The notes under the pieces were generated by a model. It was not told the origin of the DNA, made no database searches, and saw nothing but the letters and a program-made list of their open reading frames with translations. This document shows positions 38,827-48,051 of a stretch of 64,000 nucleotides of DNA, piece by piece. Where the stretch lies: contig CBFGUK010000002.1 in NCBI GenBank assembly GCA_965651925.1, positions 15,750 to 79,749 of the forward strand, in the 5' to 3' direction. Positions within the stretch are counted from its first letter, which is position 1. Every line of letters starts with the position of its first letter. The position numbers and the translations under genes were made by a program. Source of the DNA: an uncultured bacterium. Lineage in GTDB: Bacteria > Desulfobacterota > Binatia > HRBIN30 > CADEER01.

Positions 38827-39966
38827 TCAGCGCCGGGCGGCTGCCTGGCGACGCGTGGCCGATGCGAACACCGCGCAGCCGAGCAGCGGCGTCGTCGCGG
38901 CGAGCAGGAACATGCCGCGGTAGCCGGCGTACTCGGCCACGAGACCGAACGTGAACGCGCTGGTCGTCACACCGAGGTTGAAGGCGCCGTTGAACAGCGC
39001 CTGCGATCGGCCGAGCTGCGCCTCGCTGACGATGTCGACGAGGAACGCGTGCAGCGTCGGATAACTGATCCCCTGCGCCGCGCCGAACAGCGTGCCGGCA
39101 GCGAAGAGCTCGGGCAGGCTGCGCACCGTTGACAGCCAGGCGATCGCGACGCCGAGCACGAGCAGCGCCGGCACGATCACCCGCCGCCGCCCGAGCCGAT
39201 CGGAGACCCCGGCGCCGACCAGACGGGTGAGGATGGCGGTCGAGGTATAGGCGGCGAAGAAGACGCCCACCCGGCCGAGGCCTTCGCTGGTGACATAGGT
39301 CGGGATGAACGTGATGACGGCACCGAAGCCCGCCCCCGCGAGCGTCATCGTCACGGCGAGCAGCCAGTGCTCGAGCCCGAGGCGTCGCTCCGCCGCCGTC
39401 GCCTCGCGGCGCTGCCGTGCGTTCGGGTCGCGCAGCGGGATCGCGCACGCGACCGCGAGGATCGTGCAGCACAGCGCGGCGGCGAACAGCGCGTGGAAGC
39501 CGCCGCGGCGCACGATTTCCTCGCCGAGCGCCGGCGCGATGGCGTGCGTCAGGAGGGTCGACAGGCCGAAGAGCCCGAGAGCGCGCGCCCGGCGCGCCGG
39601 CGGCGCGAACTCGGCGGCCAGCGTCGTCGTCGCGGTGAACGCGGCCGCGAAGCTGACCCCTTGCAGCGTGCGCAGCGCGAACATCGTCGGCCCGAGCGCG
39701 TCGAACACCAGGAATCCCGCGGACGCGAGCGTCATGCCGGCCGCCCCGGCGATCAGGAACACGCGCCGGCCCAGCCGATCGATGGTCAACGCGACGACGG
39801 GCAGGAAACAGAACGACGCCAGGCCGGCGGTGCCCATCACCATGCCGATCAGCGCCTCGTTGCCACCCAGCGCGCGCACGTGCAGCGGCAGCAGGAAGTA
39901 CGAGGCGAAGTTCAGGAAGAAGAAGAAGTTTGCCGCGGTGGTGAGCACGAAAGGCGGGCTGAACAC
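38827..39966 (-). CDS. MFS transporter
   Basis: 12-TM topology. MFS motif …LTIDRLGRRVFL… and second-half …GVSDRLGRRRVI…. Confidence 0.8.
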   Translation of the reverse strand: MFSPPFVLTTAANFFFFLNFASYFLLPLHVRALGGNEALIGMVMGTAGLASFCFLPVVALTIDRLGRRVFLIAGAAGMTLASAGFLVFDALGPTMFALRTLQGVSFAAAFTATTTLAAEFAPPARRARALGLFGLSTLLTHAIAPALGEEIVRRGGFHALFAAALCCTILAVACAIPLRDPNARQRREATAAERRLGLEHWLLAVTMTLAGAGFGAVITFIPTYVTSEGLGRVGVFFAAYTSTAILTRLVGAGVSDRLGRRRVIVPALLVLGVAIAWLSTVRSLPELFAAGTLFGAAQGISYPTLHAFLVDIVSEAQLGRSQALFNGAFNLGVTTSAFTFGLVAEYAGYRGMFLLAATTPLLGCAVFASATRRQAAARR

Positions 39967-40093
39967 GCGCGTCGCCTAGCAGCGCCACGCGACCGGCGCC
40001 ATCACGCCCGAAGCGATGGCGCGGAGACGCCGGCACCCGCATCGGGGCGCACACCGGCTGGTCACCGGTCTCGCGTTGTGTACACGATGGCGC

Positions 40094-41113
40094 ATGCGTC
40101 GGAGCGCGCGCGTCCTGTCGATCGCGCTGGGTCTCGGCGCGCTGTTGTCGGGAGGCATGGCGGACAGGAGTCAGGCGGGCGCGCCGCACGCGGGCGACCG
40201 GTTCCTCAACCTCGCCGGACCGCGCCCCGAGCCCGACGCGGGAACGATGTTCGCGTTCCTGCTTCGCAAGGCGTGGACCTCGTTCGCGGGGCGCGACGGC
40301 GCCGCGCCCCGCGTGCGCTTCGATGCCGTGGCGCTCGGGCACAACCCGAGCATCACGTGGATCGGGCATGCGACGTTCCTGGTGCGCATGGACAATGTCA
40401 CGTTCCTCACCGACCCGATCTTCGCCGAGCGCGCGAGCCCGGTCGCGTTCGCCGGCCCGCCGCGCCTGGTCCCCCCGGGCGTGCCGCTCGAGGCGCTGCC
40501 ACGGCTCGACTTCGTCCTCGTCTCGCACGATCACTACGACCATTTCGACTTCGCCTCGATCCAGGCGCTGGCGCGCCGCGGCGTGCCAATCATCGTCCCG
40601 CTCGGCATGGGCGAGCTGGTGCGACGGGCGGGCGGCACGGCGACCGAGCTCGACTGGTGGCAGTCGCAGGCCGCGGGACGGGTCCGCATCCACTGCGTAC
40701 CCGCCCAGCACTTCTCCGGCCGGACGCTGACCGATACCAACCGCCGCCTGTGGAGCGGCTGGGTCGTCGAGGGTCCGACGCGCCGCTTCTTCCACGCCGG
40801 CGACACCGGCTATTTCGCCGGCTTCGCAGAAATCGCCGCGCGCATCGGTCCACCCGATCTTGCGGCGCTGCCGATCGGGGCCTACGACCCGGCGGAGATC
40901 ATGCAGTTCGTCCACATGAACCCCGAGGAAGCCGTGCAGGCGGCGGTCGACCTGCGCACGCCGATCGCGGTTGGCATGCACTACGGCACGTTCGACCTCA
41001 CCGACGAGCCGCTGTCCGAGCCGCCGTGGCGCTTCCACGCCGAGGCGGCACGCCGCGCGCTCGACGGCATCGCGACCTGGACGATGTCGGTCGGCGAGAC
41101 GCGGCGCTGGTAG
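40094..41113 (+). CDS. Secreted MBL-fold metallo-hydrolase (NAPE-PLD/YycJ-like)
   Basis: Signal peptide MRRSARVLSIALGLGALLSG. HxHxDH motif (VSHDHYDHFD) and downstream His/Asp ligands. Confidence 0.75.
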   Translation: MRRSARVLSIALGLGALLSGGMADRSQAGAPHAGDRFLNLAGPRPEPDAGTMFAFLLRKAWTSFAGRDGAAPRVRFDAVALGHNPSITWIGHATFLVRMDNVTFLTDPIFAERASPVAFAGPPRLVPPGVPLEALPRLDFVLVSHDHYDHFDFASIQALARRGVPIIVPLGMGELVRRAGGTATELDWWQSQAAGRVRIHCVPAQHFSGRTLTDTNRRLWSGWVVEGPTRRFFHAGDTGYFAGFAEIAARIGPPDLAALPIGAYDPAEIMQFVHMNPEEAVQAAVDLRTPIAVGMHYGTFDLTDEPLSEPPWRFHAEAARRALDGIATWTMSVGETRRW

Positions 41114-41119
41114 CCGCGC

Positions 41120-42310
41120 TCAGCGCGGGCGGCGGGCGGGGATATCGGCGGCGCGCCGCACGGCATCGGGGCCGAAGCGCTCGGCCAGGGCGTCGAGAGC
41201 GGACGCGACGCGCCGCGCGCGCTCATTCGCGCGACCGGGGAACAACCCCAGCTGCCCCGCATCGGCGCCGAGCGACACCGACACGCCAACCAGCCGGATC
41301 GGCAGACGCGTGCGGTCGGCCTTCGCGAGCAGGCGACGCGCCACCGGCCAGATGACGTCACTCGTATCGGCGGGCTCGGGCAGGCTCTCCTGCCGGGTCA
41401 CGGTGGCGAAGTCCGCGGTACGCAGCTTCACGTGCACCACGTGTCCGCGCACGCCGGCGCGGCGCAGCCGGCGCGCGACCTCATCGACCAGCCCGAGCAG
41501 CGTGCGCGCCACGGCGTCGCGATCGGCTTCGTCGGTCGCGAACGTCGTTTCGCGACCAATGGACTTGCGCGCGGTCTCCGGCTCGACGGCTCGCGGATCG
41601 CGGCCCGTGGCCAGCGCATGAAAGTGCGCCGCGGCGGCGTCGCCGAACACGTCGCACAGCCGCGCGGGTGCCAGGCGCGCCACGTCACCGATCGTCGCCA
41701 CGCCGAGGCGCCGGAAGCCCGCGACGGTGCGCGGCCCCGCGCCCCACAGTCGCTCGACCGGCAGCGGATCGAGGAAGGCCTGCACCGCATCGGGCGGGAC
41801 GACGACCAGCCCATCAGGCTTGCGCAGATCGGACGCGATCTTCGCCACGAACTTGCTGGGCGCGACACCGATCGAGGCCGTCAGCCGCTCCTCACTCGCC
41901 ACGGCGGCCCTGATCTGCCGTGCGATCGACGCGCCGTCGCCGAACAGCGCCTGGCTGCCGGTGACGTCGAGAAACGCCTCATCGATGCTGAGCGGCTCGA
42001 CGAGGTCGGTGAAGCGGCCGAGAATGGCCATGAACCGCCGCGATACCGCGGCGTACAGCCGCATGCGCGGCGGCAGGAACACGGCATGCGGACAGCGCCG
42101 CCATGCCTGGCCGATCGGCAGCGCCGAGTGGATGCCGTACGCGCGCGCCGCATAGTTGGCCGCCGCCACCACGCCCCGCCCGCGCCCGCCGCGCGGATCG
42201 GCGCCCACCACCACCGGCCGGTCGGCCAGGGCCGGATTCTCGCGCATCTCGACGGCGGCGTAGAACGCGTCGAGATCGACGTGGAGGATGACGCGCGGGG
42301 TCGCGTTCAT
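41120..42310 (-). CDS. dinB: DNA polymerase IV (Y-family)
   Basis: ILHVDLDAFYAAVEMRENPAL…, …SIDEAFLDVTG…, little-finger domain. Start at MNATPRV. Confidence 0.85.
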   Translation of the reverse strand: MNATPRVILHVDLDAFYAAVEMRENPALADRPVVVGADPRGGRGRGVVAAANYAARAYGIHSALPIGQAWRRCPHAVFLPPRMRLYAAVSRRFMAILGRFTDLVEPLSIDEAFLDVTGSQALFGDGASIARQIRAAVASEERLTASIGVAPSKFVAKIASDLRKPDGLVVVPPDAVQAFLDPLPVERLWGAGPRTVAGFRRLGVATIGDVARLAPARLCDVFGDAAAAHFHALATGRDPRAVEPETARKSIGRETTFATDEADRDAVARTLLGLVDEVARRLRRAGVRGHVVHVKLRTADFATVTRQESLPEPADTSDVIWPVARRLLAKADRTRLPIRLVGVSVSLGADAGQLGLFPGRANERARRVASALDALAERFGPDAVRRAADIPARRPR

Positions 42311-42609
42311 GCGCAACCGGGGCCGGAGGCCGGGCGTTTCGCCCGCTCTGCCGCACGCCGCGGACGAGCAGCCGTGGCGACACGGCTGGCGTGTCCCTCG
42401 CTGGCAGCCGAGATCCCCGACTCGAGTCCTTGTTGCCGGAGCGCTGCGCAGCGGGCGAGACATCCGCCGTTCAACCAGATGCTATGCCCCGACCCGTCGG
42501 TCCACCGCCTTGGTGCCGCCGCTGCCGTGTGGTTGAACCGCAGGCGCGCCCGGTGATGCCACGCCGCCCGCGTCACGCGTGGCACCGGCCGCGCGACGAG
42601 GAGCTGACG

Positions 42610-42978
42610 ATGGAGACCTTCGAGGGCGGCTGTCATTGCGGTGCGGTCCGCTTCCGCGTGGCGGTGGAGCGCTTCGAGGCGCTCGACTGCAACTGCTCGA
42701 TGTGCCGGATGAAAGGCAACTGGCACCTGATCGTGCCGCGCGACCGCTTCACGCTGCTGCGCGGCGCCGACGCGCTTACCACCTATCGCTTCAATACCGG
42801 CGTGGCGCAGCACACGTTCTGCCGCACGTGCGGCATTCACCCCTTCTACGTGCCGCGTTCGCACCCGGAGGACATCGATGTCAACGTGCGCTGTCTCGAC
42901 GGGGACGCGCCGCACCGTTTCCGCCTGACGCCGTTCGACGGCGCGCACTGGGAAGGCAACGTCGACCGCATCCGCTGA
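42610..42978 (+). CDS. GFA/CENP-V family protein (glutathione-dependent formaldehyde-activating enzyme-like)
   Basis: 122 aa with the Zn-binding Cys pattern CHCGAV…CNCSMC…C..C. Confidence 0.7.
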   Translation: METFEGGCHCGAVRFRVAVERFEALDCNCSMCRMKGNWHLIVPRDRFTLLRGADALTTYRFNTGVAQHTFCRTCGIHPFYVPRSHPEDIDVNVRCLDGDAPHRFRLTPFDGAHWEGNVDRIR

Positions 42979-42994
42979 CCCCCGGCGTCACGGC

Positions 42995-43031
42995 AAAAAA
43001 ATGGGGCGGGGTGCCACTGGCACCCCGCCCC
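42995..43031 (-). terminator. Rho-independent terminator for ompA-family gene (13-bp GC stem, 3-nt loop, U7 tract on the minus-strand transcript)
   Basis: Plus strand aaaaaaatggggcggggtgccactggcaccccgcccc. Reverse complement gives stem-loop + AUUUUUUU immediately 3' of the minus-strand gene ending at 43061. Confidence 0.55.
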
Positions 43032-43060
43032 CGGGAACAACCTGCTGCGCGTTACGCCGC

Positions 43061-44062
43061 TTACTCGGTGACGAGCTCGGTGCGGCGGTTCTGCGCGCGG
43101 CCCTCGGCCGTGGCGTTCGACGCCACCGGGTTCGACTCACCGAACCCGCGGGCGGTCAGACGCGACGCCGGGATGCCGCACTGCACGAGCCAGTTGCGCA
43201 CCGCATCGGCGCGGCGCTGCGACAGGCGCATGTTATACTGCTCGCTGCCGACGCTGTCGGTGTAGCCCTGCAGCTCGACATCGACGTTCGGCTCTTCCTT
43301 GAGCGTGCGGCAGGCCTGCTCGAGGATGGGCACCGCGTCGGCGCGGATGTTCGCCTTGTCGAAGTCGAAGTTCACGCCACGGAGCACGATCTTCTTGCGC
43401 GTCGGGGCGGGGGGCGGCGGCGGCGGCGGCGGCGGCGCCTGGGCAACCGGCGGCGGCGGCGCGGGCGGCGACTCCTGGATGAGGAGCTGCAGGCCGGCGT
43501 TCACGTAGCGCACGTCACCGACCCCATGAACGCGCTGGTACCAGCGGTTCCAGTTGCCGAAGAGGCCGAGCTGAACGTTGTCGTTGATCGAGAAGTTGAC
43601 ACCGCCGCCGGCGAGGAAGCCGGGCGAGGTGTCGGTGATCGCGCCGGACGACAGGCCGGTCAGGCCACCGCCCTGGGCCATGCCGTAGAGCTCGACCGGG
43701 CCGATCGGCAACGACAGGCGCGGGCCGCCGTGATAGCCGACCGCGTACATGTCGTCGTCGCCCCGGCCGCGCACGCAGCCAGAGCAGGCATCGGCGGCGC
43801 CGCCGATGAACTGCGCCTGACCCATCAGGCCGAGATTGAGCTGCAGGTCCTTGTCATCGAAGAACTTGTAGCCGACGAACGGCGCGATGACGCCGCCCGT
43901 GGAGACGTACCGGTCGAGTGCATTGAGCGGCTGCATCACGCCAATGTCCGTGCCCCCGAACCAGCGTCCCTGAACGTCGTCGGCCGCGGCCAGCGAGGGG
44001 GTCGAGGCGATCAACCCACCCAGCACGCCAGCCACCGCCATTTTCCTCAACGTCTGTCTCAT
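43061..44062 (-). CDS. OmpA-family outer-membrane protein (N-terminal beta-barrel, Pro-rich hinge, C-terminal OmpA peptidoglycan-binding domain)
   Basis: Signal MRQTLRKMAVAGVLGGLIASTPSLAAA. Hinge APPPPVAQAPPPPPPPPPAP. OmpA_C …NMRLSQRRADAVRNWLV…RTELV…. Confidence 0.8.
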   Translation of the reverse strand: MRQTLRKMAVAGVLGGLIASTPSLAAADDVQGRWFGGTDIGVMQPLNALDRYVSTGGVIAPFVGYKFFDDKDLQLNLGLMGQAQFIGGAADACSGCVRGRGDDDMYAVGYHGGPRLSLPIGPVELYGMAQGGGLTGLSSGAITDTSPGFLAGGGVNFSINDNVQLGLFGNWNRWYQRVHGVGDVRYVNAGLQLLIQESPPAPPPPVAQAPPPPPPPPPAPTRKKIVLRGVNFDFDKANIRADAVPILEQACRTLKEEPNVDVELQGYTDSVGSEQYNMRLSQRRADAVRNWLVQCGIPASRLTARGFGESNPVASNATAEGRAQNRRTELVTE

Positions 44063-44238
44063 GCTGCCACCTCCTCCAGGATAGATGCTCGTGTTCAGTT
44101 GATGACAACGTTTGCGCTTTGCGCCCGCCTCAGGGCGATGTCAACCCGCGAACCGGTGCCCGCGTGATCACTGCAACAGCCGCAGCTTGCCAATTGACAC
44201 ACGGACGGGAGGCGAGCAACCGGGCTTGATGATTTTTT

Positions 44239-44838
44239 TTACATGTCGCGCCGCCCTTCGAGAGCGCGGCCGAGCGTCGCCAAATCAGCGTACTCGACGT
44301 CGCCACCCATAGGCAGGCCGTGCGCGATGCGGGTTGCACGCACGCCCAGCGGCTTCACCAGACGCGCGAGGTAGAGCGCCGTCGCTTCGCCCTCGGTGGT
44401 CGGATTGGTAGCGAGGATGACTTCGCGGACGTCACCGCTGCCGAGACGGCGCAGCAGCGGGGCGATGTTGAGATCGTCGGGACCGACGCCCTCGAGCGGA
44501 GCGAGGGTCCCGCCGAGCACGTGATAGCGCCCGCGGAATCCGCCCGAGCGCTCGATGGCCGCGAGGTCGGCCGACTCCTCGACGACACACAGCACGTCGG
44601 TCTGGCGCGCCGGATCGGCACACAGCGCGCAGGGATCACTGGCGGCCAGGGCGCAGCATTCGCTGCAGGTGCGCAGCTCGTCGCGCAGTGCCGCGATCGC
44701 CGCCGCCAGCGCGTCGACGTCACGCCGGTCGGTACGGCTCAGATGAAACGCCAGCCGGGTCGCGGTCTTCTCGCCGATCCCCGGCAGCTTGACGAGCGCC
44801 TCGATCACGCGCGCCAGTGGCGCGGGAACGGTTGCCAT
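44239..44838 (-). CDS. recR: Recombination protein RecR
   Basis: HhH …LPGIGEKTATRLAFHL…, C4 Zn finger CSECCALAASDPCALC, Toprim. Confidence 0.9.
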   Translation of the reverse strand: MATVPAPLARVIEALVKLPGIGEKTATRLAFHLSRTDRRDVDALAAAIAALRDELRTCSECCALAASDPCALCADPARQTDVLCVVEESADLAAIERSGGFRGRYHVLGGTLAPLEGVGPDDLNIAPLLRRLGSGDVREVILATNPTTEGEATALYLARLVKPLGVRATRIAHGLPMGGDVEYADLATLGRALEGRRDM

Positions 44839-44883
44839 CTCCGCCTGCCTCCTCCCCCGGGCGCGCGCCGGCGCGCACGCCTC

Positions 44884-45204
44884 TCACCCCAGGCCGGGCA
44901 GCTTCAGCCCCCCGGTCAGCTTGCTCATTTCGTCGGCCATGGTCTGCTGCATGGTCCGCAATGCCTGATTGACGGCGGCGATGACGAGATCCTGCAGCAG
45001 CTCGAGATCCTTCTGCTCGAGCACTGCGGGATCGATGCGCAGGGCGGTCAGCTCGAGGCGCCCGTTGACGGTGGCAGTCACCATCCCACCGCCGGCGCTC
45101 GCGTCGACCGTCCGTGCCGCCGCGTCCTGCTGCACCTGCTGCAGGCGCTCCTGGAGCTCCTGCGCCTGCTTGAAGAGATCGCCGAGACCCGGGACCTTGG
45201 TCAT
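44884..45204 (-). CDS. ybaB: Nucleoid-associated protein YbaB/EbfC
   Basis: 106 aa, MTKVPGLGDLFKQAQELQERLQ… typical family sequence. Start overlaps the dnaX stop. Confidence 0.9.
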   Translation of the reverse strand: MTKVPGLGDLFKQAQELQERLQQVQQDAAARTVDASAGGGMVTATVNGRLELTALRIDPAVLEQKDLELLQDLVIAAVNQALRTMQQTMADEMSKLTGGLKLPGLG

Positions 45205-46889
45205 GCGTCCTCCCGCCGGCGCGGCCGGCGTTCGCGCACCTCGGCGACTTCGCCGCCGAGGATTTCGACAGCCGCCTTGACGGCGGGGTTCTGCAGTGCG
45301 GCGCTGGCGAGCTCCGCCGGCGTGCGCTTCGGCGGCGCAGCGGCAGCGGGAGCATCGGCGGCACTGCTGCCGTCGGCCACGTCGAGCTGCAGGCGCATCG
45401 GCCGCGCGAAGAAACGCGCCGCGATCTCCTCGAGCTCGGCGACGTGATCGCGGCGCGAGAGGTAATCGAAGCGGAAGCCGCGCGGCGCGGCGAGCGCCAG
45501 CGTCGCGCCCTCGAGCTCGCGCACCGTGCACGTGCCGAGGTGGTCGGCGAGCGTCGGGCGCTCGCCAGCGACGAACGCGACGAACGCCTCCCACGACCCG
45601 CCATCCGCCGGCGGCGCCGGTTGCGCGGCCGCGCGCGGCGGTGTCGACGACGTCTCGCGCCGCGGCGGGGTGGCGGCGACCGGCTCGGAACGCGTCGCGA
45701 GCGGCGCCCGCGCCGCCGCGCCGCCGGAGCGCGCCGCCGGCGCACCGCGCAGTCGCGCCTCGAGCTCGCCGACGCGTTGGAGCAGCTCGTCGACCGGCAC
45801 CAGCGGCGGCAGCGCCGTGAGGCGCAGCAGCGCCATCTCGAGGACGAGCTTCGGATACGGCGCGCGCGCGACCTCGTCGTCGGCCGCCAGCAGGATGCGG
45901 AACGCGCGATCGCAGTCGGCGGCGCCGATGCGCTCGGCCTGCGCGCGCAACGCCGCCGCCTCGTCGTCAGCGACATCGGGGAGCAGCGCGCCGCCGCTCA
46001 CCCGCGCGACGGCGAGGTTGCGGAAGTGCTCGAGCAGATCGCGCGTGAAGCGGCGCAGATCGCAGCCGCGCTGGTAGGCCTCGTCGAGCGGGGCGAGCAC
46101 GCGCGCCGGATCGCGGTCGATCACCGCATCGGCGAGCGCCGCGATCGTCGTCCGGTCGGCGAGCCCGAGCGTATCGAGCAGCTCCGCATCGCTCACCGCA
46201 CCCTGGGCGCCGGCGAGCACCTGGTCGAGCAGCGACTGCGCGTCGCGCATGCTGCCCTCGCCCTCGCGGGCGAGCGTGAACAGCGCGCGATCGCTGATCG
46301 TGATCTGCTCGGCATCGACGATCTGCCGCAGGCGCGCCACCACCTGGCGCAACGGAATGCGCCGGAAATCGTAGCGCTGGCAGCGCGACTGCACGGTAGC
46401 GGGCAGCTTGTGCGGATCGGTGGTCGCGAAGATGAACTTGACGTGCGCCGGCGGCTCCTCGAGCGTCTTGAGCAGCGCGTTGAACGCGCTGTTCGAGAGC
46501 ATGTGCACCTCGTCGATGATGTAGATCTTGAAGCGGCTCTTCGCCGCCTGGTAGCGCACGTTCTCGATGATCTCGCGGACGTCGTCGACGCCGGTGTTCG
46601 AGGCGCCGTCGATCTCGAGGACGTCGACGGCGGCGCCGGCGGTGATTTCACGGCAGTTCGTGCAGGCGTTGCACGGCGAGGCCGTCGGCCCCTGCTCGCA
46701 GTTCAGTGCCTTCGCGAGGATGCGCGCCGCCGTCGTCTTGCCGACGCCGCGCACGCCGGTGAACAGGAACGCGTGCGCAACGCGCCCGCTGGCGATCGCG
46801 TGCCGCAGGGTACGCGACACGTGTTCCTGACCGATCAGGTCGTCGAAAGTCTGGGGGCGCCAGCGGCGCGCCGAGACGAGATACGTCAT
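45201..46889 (-). CDS. dnaX: DNA polymerase III subunit gamma/tau
   Basis: …RPQTFDDLIGQEHV…, Walker A GVRGVGKTTAARILAKALNC, Zn module CxxC, DEVHMLS. Confidence 0.9.
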   Translation of the reverse strand: MTYLVSARRWRPQTFDDLIGQEHVSRTLRHAIASGRVAHAFLFTGVRGVGKTTAARILAKALNCEQGPTASPCNACTNCREITAGAAVDVLEIDGASNTGVDDVREIIENVRYQAAKSRFKIYIIDEVHMLSNSAFNALLKTLEEPPAHVKFIFATTDPHKLPATVQSRCQRYDFRRIPLRQVVARLRQIVDAEQITISDRALFTLAREGEGSMRDAQSLLDQVLAGAQGAVSDAELLDTLGLADRTTIAALADAVIDRDPARVLAPLDEAYQRGCDLRRFTRDLLEHFRNLAVARVSGGALLPDVADDEAAALRAQAERIGAADCDRAFRILLAADDEVARAPYPKLVLEMALLRLTALPPLVPVDELLQRVGELEARLRGAPAARSGGAAARAPLATRSEPVAATPPRRETSSTPPRAAAQPAPPADGGSWEAFVAFVAGERPTLADHLGTCTVRELEGATLALAAPRGFRFDYLSRRDHVAELEEIAARFFARPMRLQLDVADGSSAADAPAAAAPPKRTPAELASAALQNPAVKAAVEILGGEVAEVRERRPRRREDA

Positions 46890-46925
46890 GCCCCGCTTCG
46901 CCCTGCCCGCCGCGCCAGGCGCACC

Positions 46926-47031
46926 AGTGATAGCTAGGCTTCCCCGCGGCACAGGGAGGGAGTCGGTACCGCTGCTTCCTTCCGGACCTGACGGGGTTCG
47001 CGACGCTCCCTTGCGCGGGACCTAGCTATCA
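46926..47031 (-). ncRNA. ffs: Signal recognition particle RNA (4.5S-type, small)
   Basis: Minus-strand reading contains the conserved domain IV motif …GUCAGGUCCGGAAGGAAGCAGC…, closed by a 12-bp terminal helix (gtgatagctagg/cctagctatcac). Canonical position immediately upstream of dnaX. Confidence 0.75.
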
Positions 47032-47111
47032 CTCGTGCGCCTGCGCGACTCACTCCTTCCTGCTACCCCTGCCCGGCGACACGCGCAACCGGGCCGTTTC
47101 GCCAGCGACAG

Positions 47112-47197
47112 CGGAGAGGGTGGGATTCGAACCCACGATACCTTGTGGGTATACGCGCTCTCCAGGCGCGCCCCTTCGACCACTCGGGCACCTCTCC
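47112..47197 (-). tRNA. tRNA-Ser (anticodon GGA)
   Basis: 86-nt cloverleaf read by hand: acceptor GGAGAGG/CCTCTCC, anticodon stem CGCGC/GCGCG with loop CUGGAGA, long variable arm, T-loop GGTTCGAATCC. Confidence 0.85.
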
Positions 47198-47305
47198 ATG
47201 CGCCGCGGTACCGTGCCCGTTCCCGCCGCGCGGGTCAACGGGGCGGCGCCGACGCGGGGGCTACGTTGACGCCGCGACGCGCGCGCACTAGACCGACGCG
47301 GCACC

Positions 47306-48004
47306 ATGCCGAGCCCGTGCCCCGCCTGCGGCGCTGCTGCTCCGCCCGACGCGCATACCTGCGCCGGCTGCGGGCAGCGGCTCACCGCCGCCGCGCCGCT
47401 GCCCGAACGCACCTGCAGCGCGCCAGCCCATCCGGCCGCGATCGTCGCCGTCGGCTTCGGCCGGCGCGCCGTGGCGCGCGGCATCGACCTCGTCCTGTGC
47501 GGCTTCATCGGCGGCCTGTTCGCCGGGGTGCTGCTCCTTGCGCTCGGCGGTGATCCGACCGTGTTCGAGCGCACGCCGCCGCTCGGCGGCCTCGGCATGT
47601 GGCTGATCCAGACGGCAATGATGGTGGTTTACCACGGCGTCGCCGAGTCGGTGGCCGGCACGACGCTCGGCAAGCTGCTGCTCGGCCTGCAGGTGGTCGG
47701 CGATCAGGGCGAGCCGCTGTCGATCGGCCGCGGCGTGCTGCGCAACGCCTGGGTGCCCGTCGACGGCCTTCTCTTCGGGCTCGTGGCGTACGTCGTCATG
47801 CGCCAGTCGCCGCGTCGCCAGCGGCTCGGCGACCGCTACGCGCACAGCCTCGTGCTGCGGCGCAGCGAGCTCCCCGAGCTCGCGCGTCCCGGCGCGCTCA
47901 CCATCGCCCACGGTCTCGTCCTCGGCCTCGCGCTCGCTGCCGCGATCTGCGCGCTCGGCTTCCTGCTCCTCGGGACCGCCGCGCCCGTCGGCCCGACGGC
48001 TTGA
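47306..48004 (+). CDS. RDD-family membrane protein with N-terminal zinc ribbon
   Basis: CPACGAAAPPDAHTCAGCG ribbon. Then RDD-type TM region (…RRAVARGIDLVL…R.D…D…). Confidence 0.65.
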   Translation: MPSPCPACGAAAPPDAHTCAGCGQRLTAAAPLPERTCSAPAHPAAIVAVGFGRRAVARGIDLVLCGFIGGLFAGVLLLALGGDPTVFERTPPLGGLGMWLIQTAMMVVYHGVAESVAGTTLGKLLLGLQVVGDQGEPLSIGRGVLRNAWVPVDGLLFGLVAYVVMRQSPRRQRLGDRYAHSLVLRRSELPELARPGALTIAHGLVLGLALAAAICALGFLLLGTAAPVGPTA

Positions 48005-48051
48005 TCCGGCTGCCCGGCGCGGGCAGGGATGCGGGATAGAGGAGGCACGCG

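Noticed and set aside
42311-42609. Looked for an SOS/LexA box upstream of dinB
   Set aside because: No CTGT-N8-ACAG, GAAC-N4-GTTC, GTTC-N7-GTTC or CTRHAMRYBYGTTCAGS-like site seen. Only a distant 8-bp inverted repeat (gttcaacc…ggttgaac, 42469/42531) that is closer to the gfa gene. Not reported as a feature.
44063-44238. T8 run (ttgatgattttttttacatg) as a terminator between ompA and recR
   Set aside because: On the minus (coding) strand it is an A-run, not a U-tract, and the preceding hairpin is weak. More likely AT-rich promoter/UP-like sequence for ompA. Not called.
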